DNA of 64,000 nucleotides from Candidatus Latescibacterota bacterium (GCA_965242535.1 OZ251458.1:4747203-4811202); one strand, 5' to 3'; positions 1 through 9,210 are shown, counted from the stretch's first letter. Program-made: numbers and translations. Notes: generated by a model not told the origin, from the letters alone.

Positions 1-152
1 CAGAATTTCCTATCTTAGATCGTCCCAAAACATCCACGCCAAGGAATTGTCCAAGCATCCAGGGAGGTTCTTTCACGCTTGCTGGAAGAACCTCCCTGTT
101 TTATTTTTTGCGGGCTGAAAGCCATCATTCCACTTTTGCCGCGAGTATTAAC

Positions 153-1631
153 ATGATGAAAATATCAACGCTCATTGCAGTCATGATATGCGTCTCGAGC
201 ACTTGCCATGCCTATCAACTCATCGGGACAGAGGCATTGTCAGAAGAACTCGTCGCACGCCACTACACCATCAACCCCAACCTCGACGCCATCATCGTCA
301 TAGATAGAACCATCCCGACCTTTGAGTACCAGACCTTCTATGCCGCTGGTGCGGCAGATGAAGCGGAAGGCCAACAGGGGCGGATACACTTCTTGGAGCA
401 TATCATGTTGGGCATGGATGAAATGACTACCAAAAATGGCGGGCAAAAAAACGCCTCTACTTTTTCTCATTTTACGCGCTTCATCCTCAAATTTCCAAAG
501 GATAAGTTTGACTTTGCTGTCGAAATAGACCGCGACAGATATTACAACACAATCATCGATAAGGAAGTGGTTGAACGGGAAAAGAAAATCGTATTGACAG
601 AAAGAAGTCGCAGAATAGCAGCACCGACACACAGGTCGGCTGATTATTTTGCTCGTTTAATCTACGGAAGAAAGAGTTTCAATAGCCTTGGTACCGAGGC
701 GTTTATCAAACAACTCGAACCCGTGTGTTTAAAAGCGTATTACGAGAATTTTCTGCGCTTACAAAAGAGATTGATCGTCATCATTGGCGATGTGGACGTC
801 GATCATGTCCTGACGAAGTTAGATGCGGCTTATGGACATGAACAAACACGGCACAAACCGTCGAACGAATCGCCCGTGCCTCCATATCCCAACCGCGAAG
901 TACTCGGGAAAAGGTTGAGACGCACGACAAAAAATCTCGACCTGACCCTCTTCAGAAAGGGCTGGTACACGCCCAATTTAGGCCATCGAGACTATGCGGG
1001 CCTGCTCATTTTAGAGCGCGTTTTAGAGAAGCCCGAAAATTCATTGAAATCTTCTTTGGTCGCTTCAGGGCTTGCGAAATCTTTCAGCGTGTCGATCACC
1101 AGCTATAAAGGATTTAGCTCGATGCTCTGTTATGCAGAACTGCCCCATAATACATCCAGAAGTAAGCTCCATAAAATGATACAAGCGGAATTGGAAAATC
1201 TGAAATCGATCTCCGAAACAGAACTCAATGCGGCTCGGAATCAAAAATTGAAAACCATGTATTCCACATTTTACAGCCCCTCGAGCATGGCCGCTTCGTT
1301 CGGATCCGCATTCGCCCATGCCGACGATCCCCTCCTATATCCGAAATTGACCAAAGACCTCAAATCCATTCACCGAGAAGACATCCCGCGCATCATCGAT
1401 CAATACCTGACGGACGACAACTCGATAACGCATGCCCTTACGGTAGAAACCAAAGAGCCAACCCCCAAAAAGAGAACTGCGTTACGGATCATAGTAATGG
1501 AATCGGTAGGTTTTCTAACGCTGTTGGTAGGTCTTGTCGCCCTGATGGTATGGGGAAATAAGAAATTGAGTCAAAGATTATCTCGAAAAGCGATCACGGC
1601 TGACACGGATGACGCGGACGAACGCGAATGA
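153..1631 (+). CDS. M16 family zinc metallopeptidase (pitrilysin/insulinase-like), probable catalytic subunit; N-terminal signal-like segment and C-terminal hydrophobic anchor
   Basis: ORF 108..1631 (TTG-called) trimmed to ATG 153 (MMKISTLIAVMICVSSTCHA). Inverted zinc motif HxxEH present as GRIHFLEHIM, with a downstream Glu-rich stretch (EREKKIVLTE), as in the M16 family. C-terminal VGFLTLLVGLVALMVW looks like a TM helix. The stop overlaps the next start (ATGA). Confidence 0.7.
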   Translation: MMKISTLIAVMICVSSTCHAYQLIGTEALSEELVARHYTINPNLDAIIVIDRTIPTFEYQTFYAAGAADEAEGQQGRIHFLEHIMLGMDEMTTKNGGQKNASTFSHFTRFILKFPKDKFDFAVEIDRDRYYNTIIDKEVVEREKKIVLTERSRRIAAPTHRSADYFARLIYGRKSFNSLGTEAFIKQLEPVCLKAYYENFLRLQKRLIVIIGDVDVDHVLTKLDAAYGHEQTRHKPSNESPVPPYPNREVLGKRLRRTTKNLDLTLFRKGWYTPNLGHRDYAGLLILERVLEKPENSLKSSLVASGLAKSFSVSITSYKGFSSMLCYAELPHNTSRSKLHKMIQAELENLKSISETELNAARNQKLKTMYSTFYSPSSMAASFGSAFAHADDPLLYPKLTKDLKSIHREDIPRIIDQYLTDDNSITHALTVETKEPTPKKRTALRIIVMESVGFLTLLVGLVALMVWGNKKLSQRLSRKAITADTDDADERE

Positions 1632-2998
1632 AAGGCGAAAGGCCAATGAATGTATTTCTGAAAGCGATGCTTCGCTTTGCCCTGTGTTACTTGGTCGGCG
1701 TTCTCCCCGCTTCTGCGGAAATCCCCAATCACCACATTTTTTATCGCAGTGACAAACGCGCACCACTGACCAAAATTGAGATCTTCTTCCTCGGCGCGGG
1801 AAGCAACCAAGAACAGCCTTCTCAAACCGGGCTTGCACAAACAGTCGCAAAATTGTTTGGGGAGGTTGCAAAAAAACAGGGGCACTGGGAGCAACTGGAA
1901 ACATTGGGTACAAGTCTATATTTCTCTACCCGTTTCTCATACCATAAGATCGTCATCGATGGTCTGTCGGAACACTGCGCCAAGTCCATAGAAATCGTCC
2001 GCGATCTCATCGATGAGCTCGAGTTTTCTGCATCCGACTTGCAATCTGCAAAAAAGCTGAAAGCTGCTGATTACCGGAATGATCTCAAACGGAGACCCTA
2101 TACTTTTATGAGACTTTTTGCACTTGCACAAACAGATAGGATAAGGAAGTACAAGGAGTACAAGCCCTTAAACACGGTCGAGAATCTCTCGTTAGCAGAT
2201 GTTAGACAATACGCTGATCGGCTTCTGAAAACAGAGGTGGTGTTTTTCAAGGTCATCTCCGATCGCGATTCCACTGAAGTCGCACAGTTGCTCCGTCCAC
2301 TTATGGAAGAACGGCAGACGGGCGGATTTGTGCATTCATTGGCGCGAGCAACAACGGATTCTAAAGTTGGCCCTACGGCGTTTGTCTATACGAATTTTGA
2401 ACATCTAAAAAACACCTTCTGTTATTGGCTGATCCCCTGTGGCAGTGTCGGTGAAGAAAATTACATTCCAAATATGATCTCTAGGACGCTCGGCCGGTAT
2501 GACACTCCGCGATTGCTCTATAAATATTTCCGAGAGGAGTTGGGATTGGTCTATGATATTCAGTGCAATTATAGCTCGACAGAAAACGTCAGATATCTCG
2601 AAATTCACGCCGATCCTCAACTTCATAACAGCGACGAGTTGATGCGAAGATTATCGGAATTTCTCCTCAGACTGCCCGACGATTCGCGCTTTTGGGATGG
2701 GATTAAAGAATTGCGCGAAAGTCGCGATGTCACCTATGCCCATTTCCATGAACAACTGACACCACAACGCAGACTGGACAACGCGGTACATCGCGCCATT
2801 TACAATTCGCCAAGGCGCGATGGCGGCTACGATTCCGTCACTGATGAAGAGGTGCGCGCTTTTCTCGAAAAATACTTTGTCTCGCAGAATCTCATCATGA
2901 CCTTCATCGGCCCAAAGGATCACATCCTCGACATCCTGAATACCCAATGGCCCGAAGCCGAGGTTCATGTGCAAAGCGTGCGGAGTTTGATCGAGTAG
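1628..2998 (+). CDS. M16 peptidase-like partner subunit (no HxxEH motif seen, probably non-catalytic), signal peptide
   Basis: ATGA start/stop overlap with the upstream M16 gene. N-term MNVFLKAMLRFALCYLVGVLPASA is signal-peptide-like. Length and position are typical of the inactive partner in M16 heterodimers. The true start could instead be ATG 1646. Confidence 0.55.
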   Translation: MKGERPMNVFLKAMLRFALCYLVGVLPASAEIPNHHIFYRSDKRAPLTKIEIFFLGAGSNQEQPSQTGLAQTVAKLFGEVAKKQGHWEQLETLGTSLYFSTRFSYHKIVIDGLSEHCAKSIEIVRDLIDELEFSASDLQSAKKLKAADYRNDLKRRPYTFMRLFALAQTDRIRKYKEYKPLNTVENLSLADVRQYADRLLKTEVVFFKVISDRDSTEVAQLLRPLMEERQTGGFVHSLARATTDSKVGPTAFVYTNFEHLKNTFCYWLIPCGSVGEENYIPNMISRTLGRYDTPRLLYKYFREELGLVYDIQCNYSSTENVRYLEIHADPQLHNSDELMRRLSEFLLRLPDDSRFWDGIKELRESRDVTYAHFHEQLTPQRRLDNAVHRAIYNSPRRDGGYDSVTDEEVRAFLEKYFVSQNLIMTFIGPKDHILDILNTQWPEAEVHVQSVRSLIE

Positions 2999-3118
2999 AG
3001 CAATCGCCGATGAACGCAGGCATATCCCCCTTGATTGGGACACTCTGGACATCCAAACGTTTGAAACGTGAATGAGCTGGAACAGATGCCCCTGGGGCCG
3101 CCCTGGATTTGCGAACTG

Positions 3119-3167
3119 TGAGTGGGAATTGAATAACCCATTCACAGTTTTTTTTGAAAAAAATGAA
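3119..3167 (+). terminator. rho-independent terminator after the first M16 gene pair
   Basis: Hairpin CTGTGAGTGGG-aattgaataa-CCCATTCACAG followed by TTTTTTTT. Confidence 0.5.
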
Positions 3168-3520
3168 AAATTTGGAGATACGCGGAAGGAATCAGAGATA
3201 CGCGGAATCTTTTTAAATTGAAATTACAGTCGCAATGGCGTTATCATAAAAGAGCCGCTGACAAGACCCGGTGAAGTCTCCTGTCAGCGGCGGTGAAGCT
3301 CTCAAGCTGGTGACTTGAGAACGAAAACAAAATAACAGCCCGAAGCGCGGTTGTCAATTATTTGCAGATGTGATACAGCCGAATGCCTTGAGATATTATC
3401 GAAACCGCAAGGCAAGGAGATTGAGCCGCTGTCAACCTGCTATGCTGACGGTGGGCGGCGCGTGCGTAGTTACACACCGTTTTATCCGCTCCTCCGCTTG
3501 CCGATCCTTCCCATTCTGAT

Positions 3521-4301
3521 ATGAACAAGCAGAAAATTCTGATTGTCGATCACGATCCCCGCGTTCTATCAACCCTTGTAGGATTTTTGACCGATGAACC
3601 CCATGACGTATGCACAGCGAGAAATGGGACAGAAGGGCTTGAAATTTTGAGACGCGAGAAGATCGATCTCGCTGTCGTTGAGATGTATATGGCAGGGCTT
3701 GATGGGATAACCCTTTTGAAGCGTCTAAAAGCCGAGAAAATTCAGACAAATGTCCTGATCATGGGCAGTGTTGTGCTCATGGAAGTCACGAAGAAAATAC
3801 TCGAGACCGGTGCGGTAAGCGTACTGGACAAACCGATTGAGAGGGCCAAGTTTTTGGCAGAGGTCAAAACCTGTATCTCACGGCACGAAGTGGCATACAG
3901 CGGAACGCGGGTCTATGAAGCATCCCCTTCGCCATCCATCTCCTTTCAGCACCCGTTGAACGCTACCCGAATGCAGACTTCGCAAGAGGCATTGGACGCA
4001 TTTTTTGACGAGCGTTACCGAAATCCAGCCCTGAAATTTGAAGACCTCACGCGCCAATTTGGATTCTCCTCCTCACACGGTCACGCGCTCATAAAAAACT
4101 TTTCGGCAAGACTTTCCGCGAAAAACTGAGAGAGGTTAGAATAGCGCATGCAGAGCATTTGATAAGAGAATCCTCGCTGTATATAAACGAAATTGCGACC
4201 TTATGTGGGTTTCGGGCATCAAATCGTTTCTGTGAGGATTTCAAGCGGATACACGGCATTTCTCCTACGCAGTACCGCAAAAAAATGCTACGCGAATTTT
4301 A
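3521..4301 (+). CDS. response regulator (CheY-like receiver + AraC-type HTH output); reading frame broken in an A6 run near 4091-4096
   Basis: ORF 3521..4129 has receiver-domain features (ILIVDHDP...LAVVEMYMAGLDGITLLKRLK) and the first AraC helix (LTRQFGFSSSHGHALIK). The second AraC helix and tail (KKLFGKTFREKLREVRIAHAEHLIRESSLYINEIATLCGFRASNRFCEDFKRIHGISPTQYRKK) continue in the +1 frame to TAA 4299-4301. One extra A in cataaaaaac would restore a single frame. Confidence 0.6.
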
Positions 4302-4517
4302 ACCGGGGACGGATGATGGGGACGCGACCGAGGCCCATCCCATGATGAACGGGTTGTGCGATTCAAGGGCTATCCCCTACGGACTTTGGGATACCGACCT
4401 AGATACAGGGACCGAGATATGAAGCCGTTGAGGCTTTGAACCATCAGGTGGGGATGTTTTTCGGACGATTTGGAAAGCATCTCGCACTCGTAACGCCAAA
4501 CGCAACGAAAGGAGGTG

Positions 4518-4586
4518 ATGAATAGAGATCAGATTGAAGCACCGCAACTTGTCGTTGCTCGCTCGCAAGCGAAGCATAACCCTTAA
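4518..4586 (+). CDS. 22-codon upstream small ORF (MNRDQIEAPQLVVARSQAKHNP)
   Basis: ATG preceded by AAGGAGG at 5-nt spacing. It ends 15 nt before the next gene. Coding status is unproven. Confidence 0.2.
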   Translation: MNRDQIEAPQLVVARSQAKHNP

Positions 4587-4600
4587 TTGGAGGTTGTACT

Positions 4601-5125
4601 ATGTCGAAGAATATCTTTGAACCCCGCTATGACATTGCCACACCCATCGCGGGACTCACCTGCAAACCGCTCTCCATCCTCCCCGAGACCATTTCACCCC
4701 AAGAAATGAGCTTGGCGAGGGGAGGGTTTGATGGTAGCGGCCCTGTACCTCAGGAGGGTCAGGATCCTGCTGAAGCTGATCGTGAAAAGGCCGAAGCAGC
4801 GGAACGGAGGAAGGAAGCGAAAAAACTGTTGAAGGATCAAAATCCTGATATGCCGGGCTTAGGCCCTTTGGGAGGCACATTTGTTCCAAATATAAACGTC
4901 GCCGGTAGTCCAGATCAGGAGACCTTTTGGACCTCAGCAGATTCAAGCGGTACACAAGACCTGAACGGTGGTGCTTTGGACAATGTTGAAGAGGAAGACG
5001 ATTACTATGATCTGATCGATCCCGATGATTATGAAGATTGGGAGTATTTTGTTGACGAGTGGGACACTGAAGAGGGAAGTAGCGGTTATGAGGGTGTTGA
5101 CGTTCCCGAACAAATGTTCCAATAG
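4601..5125 (+). CDS. hypothetical protein with an extremely acidic Tyr/Trp-rich C-terminal tail
   Basis: GGAGG SD 9 nt upstream of ATG. 174 aa ending EEEDDYYDLIDPDDYEDWEYFVDEWDTEEGSSGYEGVDVPEQMFQ. No recognisable family. Confidence 0.5.
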   Translation: MSKNIFEPRYDIATPIAGLTCKPLSILPETISPQEMSLARGGFDGSGPVPQEGQDPAEADREKAEAAERRKEAKKLLKDQNPDMPGLGPLGGTFVPNINVAGSPDQETFWTSADSSGTQDLNGGALDNVEEEDDYYDLIDPDDYEDWEYFVDEWDTEEGSSGYEGVDVPEQMFQ

Positions 5126-5145
5126 ATTTGCGTTGACGATTCAAG

Positions 5146-5192
5146 AGAGGTTCTTCCAGACTTGCTGGAAGAACCTCTCAGTTTTATATTTT
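5146..5192 (+). terminator. hairpin (13-bp perfect inverted repeat GAGGTTCTTCCAG/CTGGAAGAACCTC) plus T-rich run; part of the duplicated cassette
   Basis: Sequence gaggttcttccagacttgctggaagaacctctcagttttatatttt. A near-identical imperfect copy lies at 65-110 upstream of the first cassette. Confidence 0.45.
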
Positions 5193-5246
5193 GCTGGGAA
5201 AAATAAACGAAGCTATAGATTTTCAACTTTTGCCGCGAGTATTAAC

Positions 5247-6614
5247 ATGATAAAAATATCAATCCTTATTCCTCTCATCGCGTGCGTCTTGACGAGCACT
5301 TGCCATGCTTATCAACTCATTGGGACAGAGGCATTGTCCGAAGAACTCGTCGCGCAACATTACACCATCAACCCCAAACTTGATGTCGTTATCGTCATAG
5401 ATAGAACCATCCCTACCTTTGAATACCAAACCTTCTACTGTGCTGGCTCAGCAGATGAAGCGGAGGGGCAACAGGGTCGGATACACTTTTTGGAGCACAT
5501 CATATCGGGCACGGGAAGTCACAAGCCAGGGAAACTTAATCAAATCATCATCAAGAATGGAGGAGAAAAAAACGCGGCTACTTCTTATCATTTTACGCGC
5601 TTTATACTCAGATTTCCAAAGGATAAATTTGACCTTGCGGTTGAGATAGACCAAGGTAGATTTTACAACACAGTAATCCGTGAGGAGGAAATAAAAAAAG
5701 AAAAGAAAATCATCCTAACGGAAAGAAGCCGCAAACTGACAAGTTTAACACGAAGATTAGGGGATTATTTTTTTGGTTTGGTCTATGGAAAGAAGAATTT
5801 TAATGGTCTTGGTACGGAGGCTTTTATCAAACAAATCGAACCTGATGATTTGAAAACGTATTATGAGAATTTCCTGAGCCTGCAAAAGAGATTGATCGTC
5901 GTGATCGGCGATGTGGAGGTTGACCATGTCTTGGCGAAATTAGATGAGGCTTATGGACATGAACAAACACCTCACAAACCGGCGGACGATTCGCCTGTGC
6001 CGCAATTTCCCAACCCCGACGTACTGGGCAAAAAGTTCAATCTGACTTTGAGCAAACTCAGGCTTGTCAAATTCATGAAGGATTGGTACACGCCGGGGTT
6101 AGGCCATCGTGACTACGCGGGATTGCTCATTCTTCTTCGCATGTTGGACAAACCCGCAAATTCATTGCGGTCTTATATCGTTGATTCTGGACTTGCGAGG
6201 GTTTTTAGTGTGGGACTGAGCCACTATAAAGGATTTGGTTTGATGAAGTGTCTGGCAGACCTGCCGCATGATACGTCCTTAGACGTTGTCCATGCTCTTA
6301 TCCTTGTAGAATTCATGAAACTGAAATCAATCTCTGAAGAAGACCTCAATGTAGCCCGCAATGAACTATTACACAGCATGTATTCCGAATTTTATGACCG
6401 ATCTGAAATGGCCTATAGGTTCGGGCAAGCATTCGCTCATGCCAACGATCCTCTGCTATATCCAAAATTGCTAAAAGATATTGAATCCATTCAAAGAGAA
6501 GACATCCCGCGCATCATCGATCAATACCTGACGAATGACAATTCGATAACGCTCTCTCTAACGTTGAAAAGGGAGAACAAGAACGATCTTCAGGAAAAGG
6601 AAAAAAATAAATGA
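5247..6614 (+). CDS. M16 family zinc metallopeptidase, paralog of 153..1631
   Basis: ORF 5025..6614 trimmed to ATG 5247 (MIKISILIPLIACVLTSTCHA). HFLEHI motif conserved. Roughly 65-70% identity by eye with the first copy. The upstream about 100 bp is also duplicated. Confidence 0.7.
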   Translation: MIKISILIPLIACVLTSTCHAYQLIGTEALSEELVAQHYTINPKLDVVIVIDRTIPTFEYQTFYCAGSADEAEGQQGRIHFLEHIISGTGSHKPGKLNQIIIKNGGEKNAATSYHFTRFILRFPKDKFDLAVEIDQGRFYNTVIREEEIKKEKKIILTERSRKLTSLTRRLGDYFFGLVYGKKNFNGLGTEAFIKQIEPDDLKTYYENFLSLQKRLIVVIGDVEVDHVLAKLDEAYGHEQTPHKPADDSPVPQFPNPDVLGKKFNLTLSKLRLVKFMKDWYTPGLGHRDYAGLLILLRMLDKPANSLRSYIVDSGLARVFSVGLSHYKGFGLMKCLADLPHDTSLDVVHALILVEFMKLKSISEEDLNVARNELLHSMYSEFYDRSEMAYRFGQAFAHANDPLLYPKLLKDIESIQREDIPRIIDQYLTNDNSITLSLTLKRENKNDLQEKEKNK

Positions 6615-7942
6615 ATGTGTTTCTGAAAGTGATGCTTAACCTTGCCCTGTGTTATGTGGTCGGCGTTCTCCCCGCTTCAGCGGAAATTCCCAATCACCAC
6701 ATTTTTTATTTCAGTGATAAGCGTGCGCCATTGACCAAAATTGAGATCGTCTTCCTAGGCGCGGGGAGAAACCAAGAGCCGCCTTCACAGATTGGACTTG
6801 CACAAACCTTCTCAAAATTGATTTGGGAGACTGCGAAAAAGCAGGGGTACATGGATCGACTCGCAATATTGGGTGCCCGTCTGGATGTCATCACCAGTAC
6901 ACAGTATCAGACAGTATCCATTACTACTCTGTCTGAAAATTGCGGCAAGTCCATAGCAATCGTCCGCGATCTCATACACAGCCTTAAGTTCTCGGAGTCC
7001 GACTTAAAAAAAATAAAAAAACTCATGGTCGCCGATTACCAAGATGACGTGCGGAGAAAGACGGCCCAGTTTATGAGAAATTTCGCCCTGTCAAAAACAA
7101 AAAAAATAAAGAAAGCGGGGTCCTTAAAAACACTCAAAAACCTGTCGTTACAGGACATCGAAAAATATTATGATCGGCTTCAAAAAACAGAGGTGGTCTT
7201 TTTCAAGGTGATCTCTGACCGCGATTCCACTGAAGTTGCCAACTATCTTCACCCACTCATGGCAGAACGGCTGACAGGCGGATTTGTGCATTCGTCAGAT
7301 TCCTCAATAATGGATTCTAAAGTTGGCCCTACGGCGTTTGTCTATACGAATTATTCAAACTTAAAGAGCGTTTTCTGTTATTGGTTGATCCCCTGCGGAA
7401 GTGTCGGTGAAGAAAACTATATTCCCAACCTCATATCCGCTACGTTGAGGAGCGATGCCCAAGGGCTCATCTATCGGTATTTCCGAGAAGAATTGGGCTT
7501 GGTCTATGGGCCTTCTTGTAATTATCTATCATTAGAAGGGGCCAGATTTCTCGAAATTTATGCCGATCCGCGGCTCGATAACAGCGAGGAATTGATCGCA
7601 AAAATGTCCGATTTCATCCAAAGGCTGTCCGACGACCCGCGCTTTTGGGCGGCACTGAAAGAACGGCGCGAGATTCTCAAGATTTCTTACGTCCACAATC
7701 AGACGCCACAGCGAAGCCTTAACCGCGAGGTAAGCCGAGCCATTTACAACTCGCCAAGGCGCGAAGGCGGCTACGATTCCGTCACCGATGAAGAGGTGCG
7801 ATCCTTTCTCGAAAAATACTTTGTCTCGCAGAATCTCATCATGATCTTCATCGGCCCGAAGGATCACATCATAGACATCCTGAATACCCAATGGCCCGAA
7901 GCCGAGGTTCATGTGCAAAGCGTGCGGAGCTTGATCGAGTGA
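6611..7942 (+). CDS. M16 peptidase-like partner subunit, paralog of 1628..2998
   Basis: ATGA overlap with the upstream gene. MNVFLKVMLNLALCYVVGVLPASAEIPNHHIFY is near-identical to the N-terminus of the first partner. The C-terminal 40 aa are almost identical (FVSQNLIM.FIGPKDHI.DILNTQWPEAEVHVQSVRSLIE). Confidence 0.55.
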   Translation: MNVFLKVMLNLALCYVVGVLPASAEIPNHHIFYFSDKRAPLTKIEIVFLGAGRNQEPPSQIGLAQTFSKLIWETAKKQGYMDRLAILGARLDVITSTQYQTVSITTLSENCGKSIAIVRDLIHSLKFSESDLKKIKKLMVADYQDDVRRKTAQFMRNFALSKTKKIKKAGSLKTLKNLSLQDIEKYYDRLQKTEVVFFKVISDRDSTEVANYLHPLMAERLTGGFVHSSDSSIMDSKVGPTAFVYTNYSNLKSVFCYWLIPCGSVGEENYIPNLISATLRSDAQGLIYRYFREELGLVYGPSCNYLSLEGARFLEIYADPRLDNSEELIAKMSDFIQRLSDDPRFWAALKERREILKISYVHNQTPQRSLNREVSRAIYNSPRREGGYDSVTDEEVRSFLEKYFVSQNLIMIFIGPKDHIIDILNTQWPEAEVHVQSVRSLIE

Positions 7943-7959
7943 TATAAAGGAATGCCATC

Positions 7960-8352
7960 ATGTTCAACTTTCTGATGCGATTTACCAATTCTGGCAAAAT
8001 CAGTGCTACCACCGCAGAGGAACAGAGGGCATGTCTCGAAGCGGTTGTTCTAATCCTTTGCAGTGACAGAACCGTCTCCATGGTCGAACAATGGGAATTT
8101 CAGCAACTGATCAAAAGGATTCGTTGGCGTTTTAACGCCAAAAACGAAATACCAGACATTTGGGAAAAGGCATGCGCCGCACTTCAAGACGCCGAGAAAA
8201 TGGCCGCGTATTTAGAGGGCATAAAACGGAACATCTTTAGCGAAGAGATCGCCATGGCCGTATTCAGAATTTGTGACGACATCGGCAGTTTGGATTGGAA
8301 GGTGCTGAAACGACTACGAGAGACCCTCCTCGGTTCTTCAAAGAGCGATTAG
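7960..8352 (+). CDS. hypothetical protein (possibly TerB-like small domain)
   Basis: 130-aa ORF with an ATG. Loose resemblance to TerB/DjlA-N type helical domains. Weak. Confidence 0.35.
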   Translation: MFNFLMRFTNSGKISATTAEEQRACLEAVVLILCSDRTVSMVEQWEFQQLIKRIRWRFNAKNEIPDIWEKACAALQDAEKMAAYLEGIKRNIFSEEIAMAVFRICDDIGSLDWKVLKRLRETLLGSSKSD

Positions 8353-8431
8353 CTCGCCTAGTCCGCAACCCCTGCTCTCTTTGTCTCTCCATCCTTCCTC
8401 TCTTCGCGCTTTGCCCGTCCTTGAGAACACG

Positions 8432-8614
8432 ATGAAACGAACCGATCTATACGCCTTGCTGAAACCGCACGCAGAAGAAGTGCGGGTCGATCTCGGAGAG
8501 GTCTTGTTCCGAGAAGGCGATCCCGGGGATTGCCTTTACTACGTCATCTCTGGGCAACTCAGGGTTTTCACGAGAGGGAGCGACAATCAGGTACAGACTT
8601 TGGGCTATTCTTAA
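8432..8614 (+). pseudogene. truncated cyclic-nucleotide-binding domain fragment
   Basis: The 60-aa fragment GEVLFREGDPGDCLYYVISGQLRVF matches the cNMP-binding beta-roll consensus. No HTH or rest of a Crp-like protein follows. Confidence 0.35.
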
Positions 8615-8676
8615 ATTCGATCTGCGCGGCGCACCCGCTTCCCCATGAAAATGTGACAGAATAAGCGCGACAATCA

Positions 8677-8937
8677 TCTCGTGTATCTATATACGTCTCG
8701 TCTATTCGCAACGCGAACGATCAGCACCACCAGAACATCATCGAAAATCTGATAGATCACGCGGTAATCGCCCACACGTATTCGGTATTCATCGCGTCTG
8801 CGGCGGCCTTTCATCTTGACGACACCGGGTTGTCAGCCAAAGCGTGCAGACGTGCGATGATCCGATCTCGCACATCTCTCGGGAGGCGCGTCATCTGACG
8901 TTGAGCACTAGGCGAAATTTCAACCGCATAGACGCTA
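8677..8937 (-). pseudogene. RelE/ParE-family toxin, frameshifted
   Basis: Minus-strand ATG at 8935-8937 gives MNSVYAVEISPSAQRQMTRLPRDVRDRIIARLHALADNPVSSR, then a stop. KGRRRRDEYRIRVGDYRVIYQIFDDVLVVLIVRVANRRDVY continues in another frame. RVGDYRVIY and RDVY are hallmark RelE/ParE motifs. Confidence 0.5.
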
Positions 8938-9210
8938 TTCATTTTGCATGTCCAATTTTCTTTCAAATTCTTCCAAGGGCATGGGGCTCTCGCCGGTTTG
9001 CTCCATTTTGTCCAAGACCTTTTCAGATGCCCGAATATCGATCACATCCTCGAGAAATTGAAACATCTCAGCCTCTGGCAAACCCGCTTTTTTTGCGAGT
9101 TGGATGGCCTTTTCAAACGCATCGAACAATGTCTCTTGCTCTTTCTCTGATAATTTTTCCAATGTCGGACACGACGGAGGCGCGTCTGTTGTATCTATCT
9201 GTCCTGCCAT
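8935..9210 (-). CDS. putative antitoxin (upstream partner of the RelE/ParE pseudogene)
   Basis: 91 aa from ATG 9210 with AAGGAG SD. The stop overlaps the toxin ATG (ATGA-type coupling). Family not recognisable. Confidence 0.4.
   Translation of the reverse strand: MAGQIDTTDAPPSCPTLEKLSEKEQETLFDAFEKAIQLAKKAGLPEAEMFQFLEDVIDIRASEKVLDKMEQTGESPMPLEEFERKLDMQNE

Noticed and set aside
5025-5246. Upstream extension of the second M16 gene (ORF start 5025).
   Set aside because: It reads through the duplicated terminator hairpin and promoter region. The homologous first copy starts at the MMKIS/MIKIS methionine.
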